A stretch of DNA of 64,000 nucleotides from Camelus ferus (taxonomy: Eukaryota): NCBI RefSeq assembly GCF_009834535.1, contig NC_045696.1, forward strand, positions 23,128,001 through 23,192,000. Direction: 5' to 3'. Shown one piece after another: positions 1 through 11,644 of the stretch (position 1 is the first letter of the stretch; each line of letters begins with the position of its first letter). The translations under genes were made by a program, and so were the position numbers. The notes under the pieces are model-generated. The model did no database searches and was not told the origin of the DNA. It saw only the letters and a list, made by a program, of their open reading frames with translations.

Positions 1-736
1 TTTCTTTTCACACTATTTAGTACAATACACTGTTTAATTTGCTAGGTATCATATGGGTTCTGTGTTCTTACCTGTATGTTCTTAGATATAAAATATTTAC
101 AACAGTGCCTGGTTTGTATTAGGCTATTAGTTTTATTGTCATTTTTTTGACAGATGGTATCTTATTGAGAGCATTTCCATAAAAATTGAAAGGGTAAAAT
201 CTACAATCATGTTAGATTTTCAAAAAGCTCAACTAGTGGAATGGACAGGAATCATCTAGATGCAGAAGGCATTTAATCTCTGATTATTTCTTAAGTAACG
301 TGGGAAGATTTTTCACTTAGGACATGGAGGGGGTCTTTCCTCCAATTTTCAAGGAGTTATGAATTATGCTCTCTCATGTCTATTATCACTTCTGTCTCAT
401 GTCTCCAATAGCTGCTATCAAGAGATAGTTAGAAAGCTCTGAAAAAGAGACTAGTCCACCTTAAATTGTACATAAATGGATTTTTCCAGTAGCTAATAGG
501 AATCAAAGACACCAAACAAACGAAAAACCCAATTAGTGTGTTTCTAGCAATTGCACTCAGAGAGAATTTTCTGCAATTAATATATGAAATACATCAACTT
601 CTATGCAATCAAATGGTCAATTCCATGGAAATTAGGACAAGAACTGGCATTAGACATAGAAAGAGAACCATCTGTGAACACAGAAACAAGAAAATGAAAC
701 AAGGTTTTATATAGATATAGGAAACAGTGCTCTGGG

Positions 737-738
<2 letters not shown>

Positions 739-790
<52 letters not shown>
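739..790. repeat. (GT)n microsatellite
   Basis: Perfect (GT)23 at 739-784 followed by ATGTGT. Confidence 0.97.
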
Positions 791-891
791 CAGCAGTTCC
801 TCGCTAAATGTTTCATTAATACTCTAAACGGAGGAATTAGTGGTAAGGATTAGGACCACACAGAGGTTATGCAGCTTTAAATTAACTGCAG

Positions 892-965
892 TTAAAGAAC
901 TTTTATGTAGGCTTAACCTATTTAGTTAAGTTAAACATAATAGTTAAGCCTACATAAAACTTTAA
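892..965. repeat. Inverted repeat / hairpin
   Basis: TTTTATGTAGGCTTAAC (901-917) is the exact reverse complement of GTTAAGCCTACATAAAA (943-959); pairing extends inward and outward with bulges. Confidence 0.9.
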
Positions 966-1764
966 ATAATGTAATCTATAGTTTTTTTTTCCCAAATAAT
1001 TTTTTTCTGATTATGTATACACATCCACCTCAATGATATTTTATATACTGCGGTTCAGAATGTTCAGACAAAGTGAAAAATTCCTCTTACAGATGCTGAT
1101 AGGACAGATGTTATTTCTGGATGGGTATGCCTCACGTGCCACAAAGAACTTCTAATTCAACAATGCTTCCACAAAAGTGTGCCTTTATGGTCTTCATCCA
1201 ACAATATTACCAAGAACAGTTTTCACTAATTAGGTTGGGGAGATTAAAGGACACATTCTCTAGGATACACACAGGTCAGTAACTTGATAAATGTAATCAC
1301 CATGAAAATGAATAGAAATCATAAATATGAATACAGAAAACACACACAGAACTATTAAAATCTCTGCAAGTGTTTTTCAAAAAAAATATTATCTGACAAG
1401 CTATCCCCCTGTGTTTGTAATGGGTAGAAGAAAACAGAAATTGGACAGAAGCCAAGAGAAAGAATATTAAGTAATAGGTGAGAGAACAATGATGTTCTAG
1501 GAAAAGTGTTTAAAACGAGTAGCAATCAGGAGCTGGAGGCAGAAGCAGAAACAGCTGCTCTGAATTGCATTCATAAGGAGGGTGTCTGATTAAGAAGCTC
1601 ATCGGACGCTGGCATCTAGAGGGAAGGAAGCCTTTGGGGTGCTGCCCCAGCCTCTCCTGTCACACGTAGGAAGGTTAACTACAACTCTTTTCTGGAAGGA
1701 ATCCTGCAACTTTCCCAAGGGAGTTAATGGCTCTTGTGCAATATTTTCAAGAGTCTGGGTCATC

Positions 1765-1900
1765 TGCCTGGATTGTAATTATTTACTTTTCTTTCTCCCA
1801 AACCAGAATATGAGCTTTCTCAGGGTAAGAACAGTATTTTAGTCATCTTGGTACTTCCCAAGCCTAATCACAGTACCTAAAATATTCACTCCAATTATTT
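1765..1900 (+). mobile_element. LINE L2 3' end fragment
   Basis: ccagaatatgagctttctcagggtaagaacagtattttagtcatcttggtacttcccaagcctaatcacagtacct resembles the L2 3' terminus. Confidence 0.65.
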
Positions 1901-2550
1901 CCTATTATGTGCTCAGCGAAGACCTATATACATTAATTCAGTCTCTCCCTCAGTATTTATTTCAGTATTACATTCTCTGTTCTCAGATTTATTGCAACTA
2001 TTTTAGGCTACATCTGAGTTATACAGAAGAAACATGCTCAAGGGCCTTTTACTTTCTGACCTCTTCCTAATAGGTGGAAGAACCCAGACTTTGCCTCAAA
2101 ATTTCATTCCATTTTTTCTAGGCCCACTTCCTGGCTCCATGTTACACAGTCTCTCCATACTAGGGATGAACATATCCATGCATCCAGAAATGGTTACCAC
2201 ATTTTCTCTCTCTGTTGTCTCTTCACGTTGTAAACTTTCCAACTTCTAGTTCCGAGGTAATACAGAACAAACAAAATAAAACAGTGTAGCTGAGTCACTC
2301 TTGAACCTTCAAATCACCAGTGTGATGTCAGAATAGTGCCAGTCTCTCAAAAACAAATGACACTGAACTACATGGGCAGGCTGCTGTAATTCCGTCATCA
2401 AATCAAAAATGCTACCAGGAGTTAGTCTTTGGAAGGGGATGCTAAAATAGCTGTTCATGAAGCAAAATCAAAGATGGGTATGTACTTGTATATTTGCATG
2501 TATAATGTGTGTATACACACATATGTATTTGTATACACGTTTTTGTGGAT

Positions 2551-2570
2551 ACACACACACACACACACAC
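2551..2570. repeat. (AC)10 microsatellite within a TA/TG/CA low-complexity patch
   Basis: Read directly from the sequence. Confidence 0.95.
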
Positions 2571-2668
2571 TCCCACATATATATCATGCACGTTCATATA
2601 AAAGTCTCAAAGCATGCTAACTGGTAGGTAGGTACCTCACGTTAGCAAGTGGTTTTCCTTCTCTGCAG

Positions 2669-2766
2669 TGAAGTGAAACAATACTACAACAGAGGAAGTC
2701 TTGGGTTAACACAGGGTACACAGTGTCAGTTCACCACCTGGAAGGACACTTAAGTCTAACAGCAGG
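2669..2766 (+). other. Candidate non-coding internal exon (98 nt)
   Basis: Acceptor TTTTCCTTCTCTGCAG| with branch-like CTCAC at 2636-2640; donor AGG|GTAAGA; stops in all three frames. Confidence 0.3.
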
Positions 2767-2908
2767 GTAAGAAGAGGAGAAATGGATAAGACAAGGGAAG
2801 ATTTTCTCCAAAAATGTAACAGCATGTAGAAAAGCCAAAAGCATAGTAGGCAGGGCTTGGTCTGGTGGAAGATTTTTTTTTTTTTTCAATTCTGTATCCT
2901 TGACTCAG

Positions 2909-3270
2909 AGATTGAGGGTAGGGTGGAGGGAAGGTGGTGAGAGGCCGCGGAGGCCCCTGACTGTTGACACTGGACCGCTTCCTTCTTTTGGACACTGGCT
3001 TTCTCAGAGGTGGTGGAAGAGGAAACCCACTAAGGAGCAGGAATGGAAAGCAGTCGAGTCCTGCAAACCCCGGGCATCTCAGAAGTGGTGCTGGCAGGCT
3101 GCCCTCTGCGGGCCCCGTGGTCACAGCCTTGGGGTGCCAATCTTCTTCCACCAGCAAGCTCAGAGAGCTCATCTGGTGAAGGCTCTGACAGGACAGCGGT
3201 GAAATTCAAATGGCAACATCCTGAGGTTTTGCCCATGGGCATTAAATAAAGAGGGAAAAGTTCTCTCTTG
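2909..3270 (+). other. Candidate terminal non-coding exon with polyadenylation signal
   Basis: Poly-T/pyrimidine tract ending in CTCAG at 2908; GC-richer body; overlapping ATTAAA/AATAAA at 3241-3250; T/GT-rich element at 3261-3280. Confidence 0.25.
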
Positions 3271-3620
3271 TCTGTTTACCAAAGTTTTTGTACTTAAAAT
3301 AACCAGTCTTTTCATCCCCAGAACTAATGACTTATGGCAGTTACAAACAAAGCATCTATTTGAAATTCAGCATTTAGTCTGAATGGCTAGGGGGCAACCC
3401 TATTTAGCAGCACAAATTATGTCTAAATAGGGAAAAAGACAGGTAGTCAGCGCAGAAAATTACACTGAAAGGTCTTTTTCCTTTGGCTGGCAGAACTGGC
3501 TCTTTGAAAGTGAGAATGAGCTGGTCGGTTATCAGGGAAAGGTGGTTTAAGGGGAAAAAGAAGACGGGCACTAGAAGGCTCTTCAGAGCCCAAGAACAGT
3601 CTAGTCTTCACTCTGATAAT

Positions 3621-3769
3621 TTCTATTTTGAGTCTTTTGTTACTTTATATCCACAGACGTCCCAATAAAATCACGGTTAAAAAGGGTGAATATAAACCCT
3701 GACACTGGTTTTATCTAGTGTAAGTGGCCCCTAGTAACTTTCCATAGCTAATATTTGTTATTGGAAGAA
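3621..3769 (+). repeat. Copy A of a ~150-bp dispersed direct duplication
   Basis: Aligns by eye to 6655-6814; the last 46 bp match 41/46. Confidence 0.85.
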
Positions 3770-3890
3770 TATGGGATAAGCCATCCAAACTACCTAGGTC
3801 TCCCCTGCCTCATCTGTAATATGTGGGTGGTGACGATGCCAGCAGCTAACAGCTGTTAGAAGAACTTTAATGAGAACTTAAAAAGGTAAA
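3770..3890 (+). mobile_element. MIR SINE fragment
   Basis: Core-like cctcatctgtaatatgtgggtggtgacgat followed by a MIR-like 3' part. Confidence 0.55.
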
Positions 3891-4949
3891 GATAAAATGG
3901 GATACAGTGGATATATGCTGTTATTTGGGGGGAGAATTTTATTTGGAATGCCTAGTGAATAATGAGTTTAACTCCAAAACAGTTATGTGTACCTGGAAAA
4001 GGAGAAAAATGAAAGATAATTTAGATCTGTAGCATTAAGCAGAGGTAACACACAACCCAAGATAGGTATGATTTAGAAGTGTCCAACAGAGTGCCTACTT
4101 TCACTGATAAAACTCTCAAAAAGGTGAACACAACTACTTCTGTACAATATGAGGTTTAAGCCTCACGTCTATTGTAGAGATTAAAAAACACAAGTTCTCA
4201 GACCTCAGTTTTATCTGATGTGATGTTGTCATGGTTTAAAATATGACTGGTTTGTTTGCCTCGACTATAGAGTCAACACAACCAACAAAGAAGTGGGAGA
4301 AATAGTTAGGACACGTAGAAATCAGAGGTGGGACGTAAGGAAGATGCTCACAAGTGAGGCAGAACACTGAACAGAGAGCAGAAGAGCAAAGGCCAGAATC
4401 TGAAGGAGATTCTACTCCCGGGGAAGGGCCAGAAAGACAAGTGCCATCACGAGAAGCAGCTCTGAGTACTCCCAGGGTCATGACACACTCTCACCTGGCC
4501 CACAAAAGATGGGTAAGTCTCCTTTGAGAGTGGATATGCCTTTCACTCTACTGGCAGTAAAAACTGTCAGCTAGATGGAAAACACCCTTGATGCACACTG
4601 AATAATCAAAGACATTTTTCAGATATATCCAAACTTCACACCATTGTCCTGCCTTGTCAAGGCTGCTCTCTCCCTACTCACATTTAATCAGTGGATGAAC
4701 AGCCCCTTACAACAGCTCGGGAAGGGCTCTGTTCAGGGGCCATTTCCTGCAACACGTTCTTCTCTCTGCTGCCAAATCCCAAAGGCCCACAGGCCTGTTA
4801 ACCTCTTGGCTGCTGTGGTATCACTGGAATAGGAGCCTGTGAGACAGCAGGAAAGGGTCCTCTAGCCATTTTGGGAAATCAGCTATCAGTGGCATTTTAA
4901 GTCCAGAAGTCTGTATCTATTCCCCACTTTCTATTTCTACTGCTGTTGC

Positions 4950-5065
4950 ATTTGTTCATTTTTTAAATTCATCTGCAAAATGTTTATTGAGTATCTATTC
5001 TATGTCAGCACATACAGTAAGCAATAATGAATTCAGTCCCCATCTGCATTCTCATTACAGTCATC
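4950..5065 (-). mobile_element. LINE L2 3' end fragment
   Basis: aaatgtttattgagtatctattctatgtcagcac matches the reverse L2 terminus. Confidence 0.6.
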
Positions 5066-5609
5066 TGGCTTACAAAAAGACCGACGAAATGGTTCAAATG
5101 CCGGGATTTACAAATACCCACCTTGTCGACTCCTTTAGCTCAATGTGAAGTGCATAAACATTTATACCTCTAGCAGCTCTCTGAGGGAGCCTGATCAAAG
5201 GGAAGGACATTGGCTTCCAGGGGCTCTGAGATGTGCCCCAAATCACACAGCCTTGGATGGAAAGGCTGGCCAGACCAGAGCCTGGATGAGGCACTACTAC
5301 TTAGCTCTTTTCCTGCTACACCAGTAGTTTTCAAATGTTTATTTCACTTGACTTGAAAAGGAGAACTCTTTGCTTTAATTACACATTACTAGAAATCCCA
5401 ATATAAAAATGAATAAAATCAAAAGTTCTCATTAGAATCAGATCCAGATTCGCCAGATGTGCCTGAGCTTATCCCTTCAGTGGTCACCATGTCACTTAGT
5501 AGCAAAGCCCTCAGGCTCTTTGGCTACAAATTTCTGTACTACTTACCATAAAATGTTCAAACTGGATGGAAGAGCTAAAACTCTTAGAAGACTTAATATG
5601 CTTGGTTCT

Positions 5610-5993
5610 TGCTATGGGCTGAATATTTGCCTCCCCTCAACCCCTCTCTCATTCCTATGCTGAAGTCCTAATCTCCATATGATGGCATTTGGAGGTGGGG
5701 CCTTTGTGGGATAATTAGGTTTCAATGAGGTCTTGATGGAGGAGCCCTTGAGGATGTGATTAGTGTCTTCATAAGAAGAGAAAGAGACCAGAGCGCTCTC
5801 TCTCTCCACCTTGTGAGGATACAGTAGGGAGGCACCTATCTGCCAGCCAGCAAGAAGGCCTCACTGGACACAAAGTCTGCCAGCACCATGACCTTGGACT
5901 TCCCAGTCTCCTGACCTGTGAGAAATAAATTCCTGTTGTTTTAGCCACCCAGTCCTTGGTATCTTGTTATAGCAGCCAGAACTGACTAAGGCA
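5610..5993 (+). mobile_element. ERVL-MaLR solo LTR, MLT1A/MLT1A0-like
   Basis: Starts TGCTATGGGCTGAAT and ends GACTAAGGCA; typical blocks ggaggtggggcctttg, ttggacttcccagtctcc, gtgagaaataaattcctgttg, ttgttatagcagcc. Confidence 0.92.
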
Positions 5994-6654
5994 GTTGCAT
6001 TGTTTTTGCACTTAGCTACATATAGGACTGAAGAAATGGAGGATCACACTAAACAGAAAAATGAAGAGACATTCCCTTCATGCTATAAATACATGATAAT
6101 AATTTTTTTCTCCAAAGTAAATTTTTGTAAAGGAATTTTAAGTCTTTATGAGTTCCAACCTTTGTATCCTGATCATTACATGTCTACAACTACTGTGTTA
6201 ATGTAGCAAAGGAACTCAGAAGCCCCAAATTAACTTTGAAATGACTATATACCCTTGAGAAAAAAAAAAAACAAAACAAAAATGAAGGACCAAATAACAA
6301 ACTGATGCAATAGAGCAAATCAGGGGAAAAAGTTGTTTTTATAAATCTTTAGTTAACATGATAGTCAAAAAGTAAGATTTCAAATAATCTGTAGTCTTCA
6401 TTTGCTTTCGACTTAAGAGACTTGTTGATGTTTCTAATTCATCCATTTAACTATTCCGTGTGAGAGTTTAAATTGAGCATTAGAATAAATTGTAGATTGT
6501 ATACATTTATACTGGATGCTGCTTGTTAGAGAACTTGCAGATACTTATTGTCAAGAAATTCCTTTACACATAATAAATATATCCAAAAGCCTTTGTTCTT
6601 CTAATAGTGCTTTTTATGTGTCCTTTATCTGTCCCTTAAATGAAAGGAAGAACG

Positions 6655-6814
6655 TTCCATTTTGAGTCTTTTCTCATTTTATATTTCACAAGTGTTCCAA
6701 TAAAATTTTTAAAATTGCAAATATTAACATTGATGCTGGTTTTGTAATATTTGTTTACATAGTAGTGGGTGGTCCCTAATAACTTTCCATAGCCAATATT
6801 TGTTATCAGAAGAA
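6655..6814 (+). repeat. Copy B of a ~150-bp dispersed direct duplication
   Basis: Homologous to 3621-3769. Confidence 0.85.
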
Positions 6815-7129
6815 CTATTTATTATCTCCCACAAAGATTTTTAAAAGGCAAAGATATTTTAGTTTGACAGATATGCCTAAATCAGTGTTAAGATCTCCGT
6901 ATCTCCTCTACGAATAAGATATTTATTAGGTTTATCACAGAAAGAATGCCTAGTATATAATAAAATTCAAAGTCACCCAGTAAAGCTGTTTTGAAATCGT
7001 TTCTATAACTTTTATTGAGACATTTTAGATGGGAAATGAGACTGTTTAAAAAAAATTATTTGAATGCTGGCTTAAATTTGAGAGTTCATTTTAAGAATGT
7101 TATCCTCTGAATATATGTAGGTATTAATT

Positions 7130-7235
7130 CTGAATTAATTATCTGTGATCTTAGGGATGCCACTATCTCCCTGGGTCTGATTTCTTGTAAAATGAAATGA
7201 TTGGACCAGATTGTATCTAGGAATATCCTTCTATT
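7130..7235 (+). mobile_element. MIR3/MIRc fragment
   Basis: tgtaaaatgaaatgattggaccagattgtatctaggaatatccttct resembles the MIR3 3' part. Confidence 0.55.
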
Positions 7236-7639
7236 ACTCTCACAAGAGAGGGCCACATGAAGGATGTGGTCCTTAAGCTGGGCTCTAAAGAACCAGAGGA
7301 ATTTTGACTTGTCAGGGATGATTTTTCTTATGCTTTCCATCATACTGATTTCCAGTTGATCTCCACGTTTTAAGAACACTACTTGTTAGAGTACAATTCC
7401 AAATAACTTTTCCAAGCAAAATAGCACACTGATTCATCACCAGCATTTCAATGATTCTACCACTACTACCTTAGTGGAAATGTCTGCAAGAGGTAAACTC
7501 ATCTATTCGCTCACTATACCCTGAACACACCTCATCCCTAAGGTACCACTGGCCATCCTCTCACTCTGGGACCTCTCATTGGTATGTACCTCTCTCTTCT
7601 TTCAAATTTCACCTGCTGTCCAAGTGCTGACTCTGGCCT

Positions 7640-7790
7640 TCTTCCTCTGCAAAGTTTTTTTTCAAAATGCATATCTCAATCTTGTACTTAACCATCTCTT
7701 GATAGTTTCTGTTGCCTTTAGGATATCATTTTGTTTCTACAACATGACACACAAACCTCTTTGTGATATGGCTCCTGCCCCTAGCCTCCT
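7640..7790 (+). mobile_element. LINE L2 fragment
   Basis: ttgcctttaggata and ctttgtgatatggctcctgccc are L2-like. Confidence 0.55.
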
Positions 7791-7829
7791 TTATGAATGC
7801 ATTTTAACAGATAATTAATAATAATTTAT

Positions 7830-8335
7830 AATAGACTGAGCAATTGATGGGCTCAGTCTGGGCCAAAATGATGAATCAGACAGGCAAGGTCTCTGTCATT
7901 GCAGAACTTGGGTCTAGTGGAAAAGATAGATGATAATAAGCAAGTAAACAGATATAATATCAGATAGTGATATGAGGAAAATAAAGCAGGAATATATGAT
8001 AAAGTTGAGAAGATGAGATGGATCAAGGAAGATGTCTTTGAGATAAGGATGTTTCAACAGAGCCTGAACGATAAGAATGAGCCAGATGAGGCCTACAGTT
8101 GCTGATGAGCTCAGAGAAATCGGCAGGGCCAGGTCAAGCAGGGTCTTATTGGCCAGGCTATGTGGAATTTGGATTTTCTTCTCAGTGTTTTAGGAAGCTA
8201 CAGAATGGTTTTAAGAGAGGAAATCATGCTCTGACATATTTTTAAATGATTATTTTGGCTGCTGTGAGTAGAATGGATTTTAATGTTACAAAAATTGAAG
8301 TTGCGAGAGTAAGCCACTGCAGTAGTAAATTCATC
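7830..8335 (-). mobile_element. LINE L2 (L2a-like) 3' region
   Basis: Reverse L2 motifs: ggaatttggattttctt, ggaagctacagaatggttttaag, attattttggctgctgtgagtagaatggatt. Confidence 0.8.
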
Positions 8336-8534
8336 TCCAGCCACTCCTACATATCTTCTCTTTTCCCTGGATCTAACTTGCAGAATGGTTTTTCCACTAC
8401 TAACAGAGGAGTTGGAAATGGAATTCTGTTTCATGGGTAAAGAGGGTATTTAGAGCAGTGATGTTCTAGCAATGTGGAAGTCAAAGGAAATAAATGTTTT
8501 CAAAACGTAGCAACTTCAGTTGCATTAAAGGTAG

Positions 8535-8620
8535 CATTCATTAATTCATTTCATTCATTCATCCACAAAATATCGGTTGAAAGTTAATATGTATCAGACA
8601 CCATGACACAGTGCTAATTT
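8535..8620 (-). mobile_element. LINE L2 extreme 3' end
   Basis: (CATT)n tail followed by an L2 terminus-like stretch. Confidence 0.55.
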
Positions 8621-8654
8621 CTGGGATTAGTGACGTGGCAAAAGTAATAGCTAA

Positions 8655-8905
8655 ATAATGCTAACAGAAGCTAAAATATGTAGGACATTCACTATGTGTT
8701 AAGCTCTTCACACACCCTTTACATATATAAACTCACTTTTCCTCATCATAGCTCTATGAACTCTATATTACTTTTTGCCATTTTATAAATGAAACGACAG
8801 AACAGAGAGGTTAGACACTGTCCCATGGCCATTTGGCTAGTACACAGAAATATAGGGTTTTGAATCTAGGGAGTCTAGCTCCAGAGACTAGACTTTGTTA
8901 TCATC
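8655..8905 (-). mobile_element. MIR SINE, near full length
   Basis: ccattttataaatgaaacgacagaacagagaggttag and tttgaatctagggagtctagctccagag. Confidence 0.8.
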
Positions 8906-10142
8906 TATTTTATAAAGATCATTATTTGGAAAATATAACAGGCATAGGCCTTATTTTCATAGAATCTATCATTTGGTCATTAAGACAATTACTAAGCAAG
9001 ATTATAAACAAACATGGTCATGGGGTTTGCAAGAGGAGAATTTTTGATAACTTGACATATTGAAATTCCATAATAATTTCAGTGAGTTAAGAAAGAAAAA
9101 AAATATATGAGGACATAAGACCAATGAATTTGGCCTTTTTTTTTTTTTTTTTGAGAAATCGGCCAATTAAAAGGATCTCATAAAATAGGAGTGAGAATTG
9201 GAAACAAAGTTTTCTTTTAAGACTGGAAGGTTCTGAATAATTTGGAGATAGAGCAAAAGTGTCAGTTGGAAAGTAAAAATAGAGTTTAAAAAATAGGAAG
9301 AAATAATGTATATGAAAGTCTCTCCAAGTAGGGATGATCTAACTTCAGGTAAAGGAATTATACTTAGAACAGGGAAGAAAATTTTGTGTAAGTTTTGAAG
9401 CAAAGAAGTGGGGTGACCAGAAATAAAACAGAGTAAAAATTAAGGACCGAATAAGTAATTCACATTACTTGGCCCTATGAATAGAAACATCTTATAGGAC
9501 GTGGAACCGTATACAACACAACAAAGATCATTAAATGATACTGAAGCGCCATATAGTTACATCGTCCCTTATTCATACCTGCTGAACAATCCTGGAAAAT
9601 ATCAAAATTATATAGTTTATAATTTATCATGTTACATCAAAATATTCATACTTAAGTATTTTTTACATTAATTATAGAACACACCATCACATGTGTTCAG
9701 CTACCCTTGTTTTGATTTAAGATTCTCTTAATAAAACACATTGCAACTTAATAACCTCTTCAGCCATTCTCAGTCTAGCTGCAATGCCTGATAATTTCAA
9801 TCAACATCAGACCCAAACCAGATAACTTAACAATGGTGATTTAGAAAGGATTATTCTTGTATAGAAGCACACTTTTAGTCACCCAGGCCTTGGGGAAGCC
9901 TAATATTATCCCATGTGGCTCGTATCACTTTCATCTGAATATACACAGCTCAACATGAACTGTGAATTTATGAATGAATGAAGATGTAATCAGAAGAGAC
10001 TGAGAGAGTGAGAATGCTACCAGAACTCTTCCACAAAGCACTGTAATCGGTGAGATGTGCACCAATGTGTCTGCACACTCATCACTCCCCTGGAGTTGGG
10101 TATCACACATCATCGTCAAGAACAGGTGTTGGCACCACTTAC

Positions 10143-10259
10143 AGCTCATTCATCATCAGGCTGCAGAAGCGTTAACATATGCTGCTTTAGTGCTAATTGT
10201 GTTTGTTTTTACAATCAACGTTGATCTGCCCTTCATCATGCCAAAGAGATAAATGTTAG
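10143..10259 (-). other. Candidate non-coding (5'UTR-type) exon, 117 nt
   Basis: Minus-strand acceptor TTTGTTTTTCCTCAG| and donor GCT|GTAAGT; all frames closed; unique sequence that retains several CpGs. Confidence 0.3.
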
Positions 10260-11644
10260 CTGAGGAAAAACAAACCTGGAGCATCATGTTTATTTAGTTA
10301 CCCAGATTCATGCTCTCCATCTCCGATTCCCCCAGGCAAATTCTCATGCCTGAGACCTGTAGAATCTCAACGATTTCAAATTCAAGACTTAGAGATAATT
10401 TAAAAGTACAGAGAGAATTTTTTTTTTAAGATCCATACTTGACATGAACTTATTGGAGAACTCCTGGTTGAACCCTTAAATTTTAATATTGACTGAATGT
10501 CACTGATTTAACTATAGATCACTGAATCAATGGCATTCTATTTAACAGAGACTATTTAGAGGTTAGGATTTAAAGACAACTGAATTTGAATTATGGACAG
10601 CCAGTCTTGCTATTCAATTTTTAGAGTATATGATCAGAATAAAATTTTTAGCATATTAGCAAAACCAGGAAGCATATAATCAAATCTATACAGCAATGTG
10701 TCATACATATTCATTGATTAGGTTCTGTCTGATTTAATGAAAAGACTCAAAGGCAGTTTCCTCCCTCCAGTATAGCTGTGCTTTTCATTAAACTTATCAC
10801 TTGACTTCAGCTTAACAAATGAGAAACTGTTAATTAAGTTGTTCATTCAGGATCTCTAATTTGCAATTTGCATACCAACTTAATTCTTAAACAGATTTCC
10901 TAGAATGTTTAGAAAAAGTTTCTTCTTAAGTGTTTCTCTTCTTTTTTTTTCTAACATCAACTAAATTTTGCTAAGTCAAGGTAGATTTCAATGCAAGCTC
11001 ATTGCAAATATGATCATTTCTAAATTGGGGTGTAAATAATTGAGGGTGTACACCAAGTAATTTTAGTAGCTAGGTAATTTGTCACTGTTGTTAAGGCTTC
11101 TTTGTTTTTGGTGTGGATGTGTGTGCTATGACTAGGCCTTAGTTACGATTGCATCACCTTTCTTATTTAGCTTTGTGCCAAATCTTTCTCATTGTGCTAT
11201 TTTTTCATTCCGGTTCTGGCTTAGATTCCACTCTTTGTGGCTTTTCCACTTGACTTTCAGGTCTCTGATTGTAGCCAATTTAGTATCTTGTTGCTTTTTT
11301 TGTCTTTTCTGTGTGCTGGTATAATTTGTTCTTGAGATAGATAATTGTTTATTTGATGAACTTCTAGTATGAACTTTCTCTTTTCTGTTACATTTTTTCC
11401 CAATCAATTCCTTCTTTTATAGTCTAATTTTATAAAGGTCTTCTTTCTTAAACTCAGTATTTATTAATTTTACTTACTTTAATCAAGATCTTAAAACTTA
11501 GTTATATCTGCAAGATTTTATGGATAGTCAAATTATTTTTCATTTTCACCTAAGTAGCATGTAAATTCTTTCAGCAGAGTATTTGTCTTAGGTCATTCAG
11601 CCACTTATTATAAAGATACAAATTTTACTATCGGTTAACTGTCA

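Noticed and set aside
1606..1626. Second CTCF-like site (reverse CCTCTAGATGCCAGC)
   Set aside because: Mismatch in the key GGC positions.
2756..3249. Five overlapping ORFs on both strands
   Set aside because: Explained by locally higher GC; no recognisable protein or processed pseudogene.
9126..9166. Poly(T) flanked by gaatttggcc and gaaatcggcc as a tail-only retro-insertion
   Set aside because: The flanks are short and imperfect, so it cannot be told apart from a simple homopolymer.
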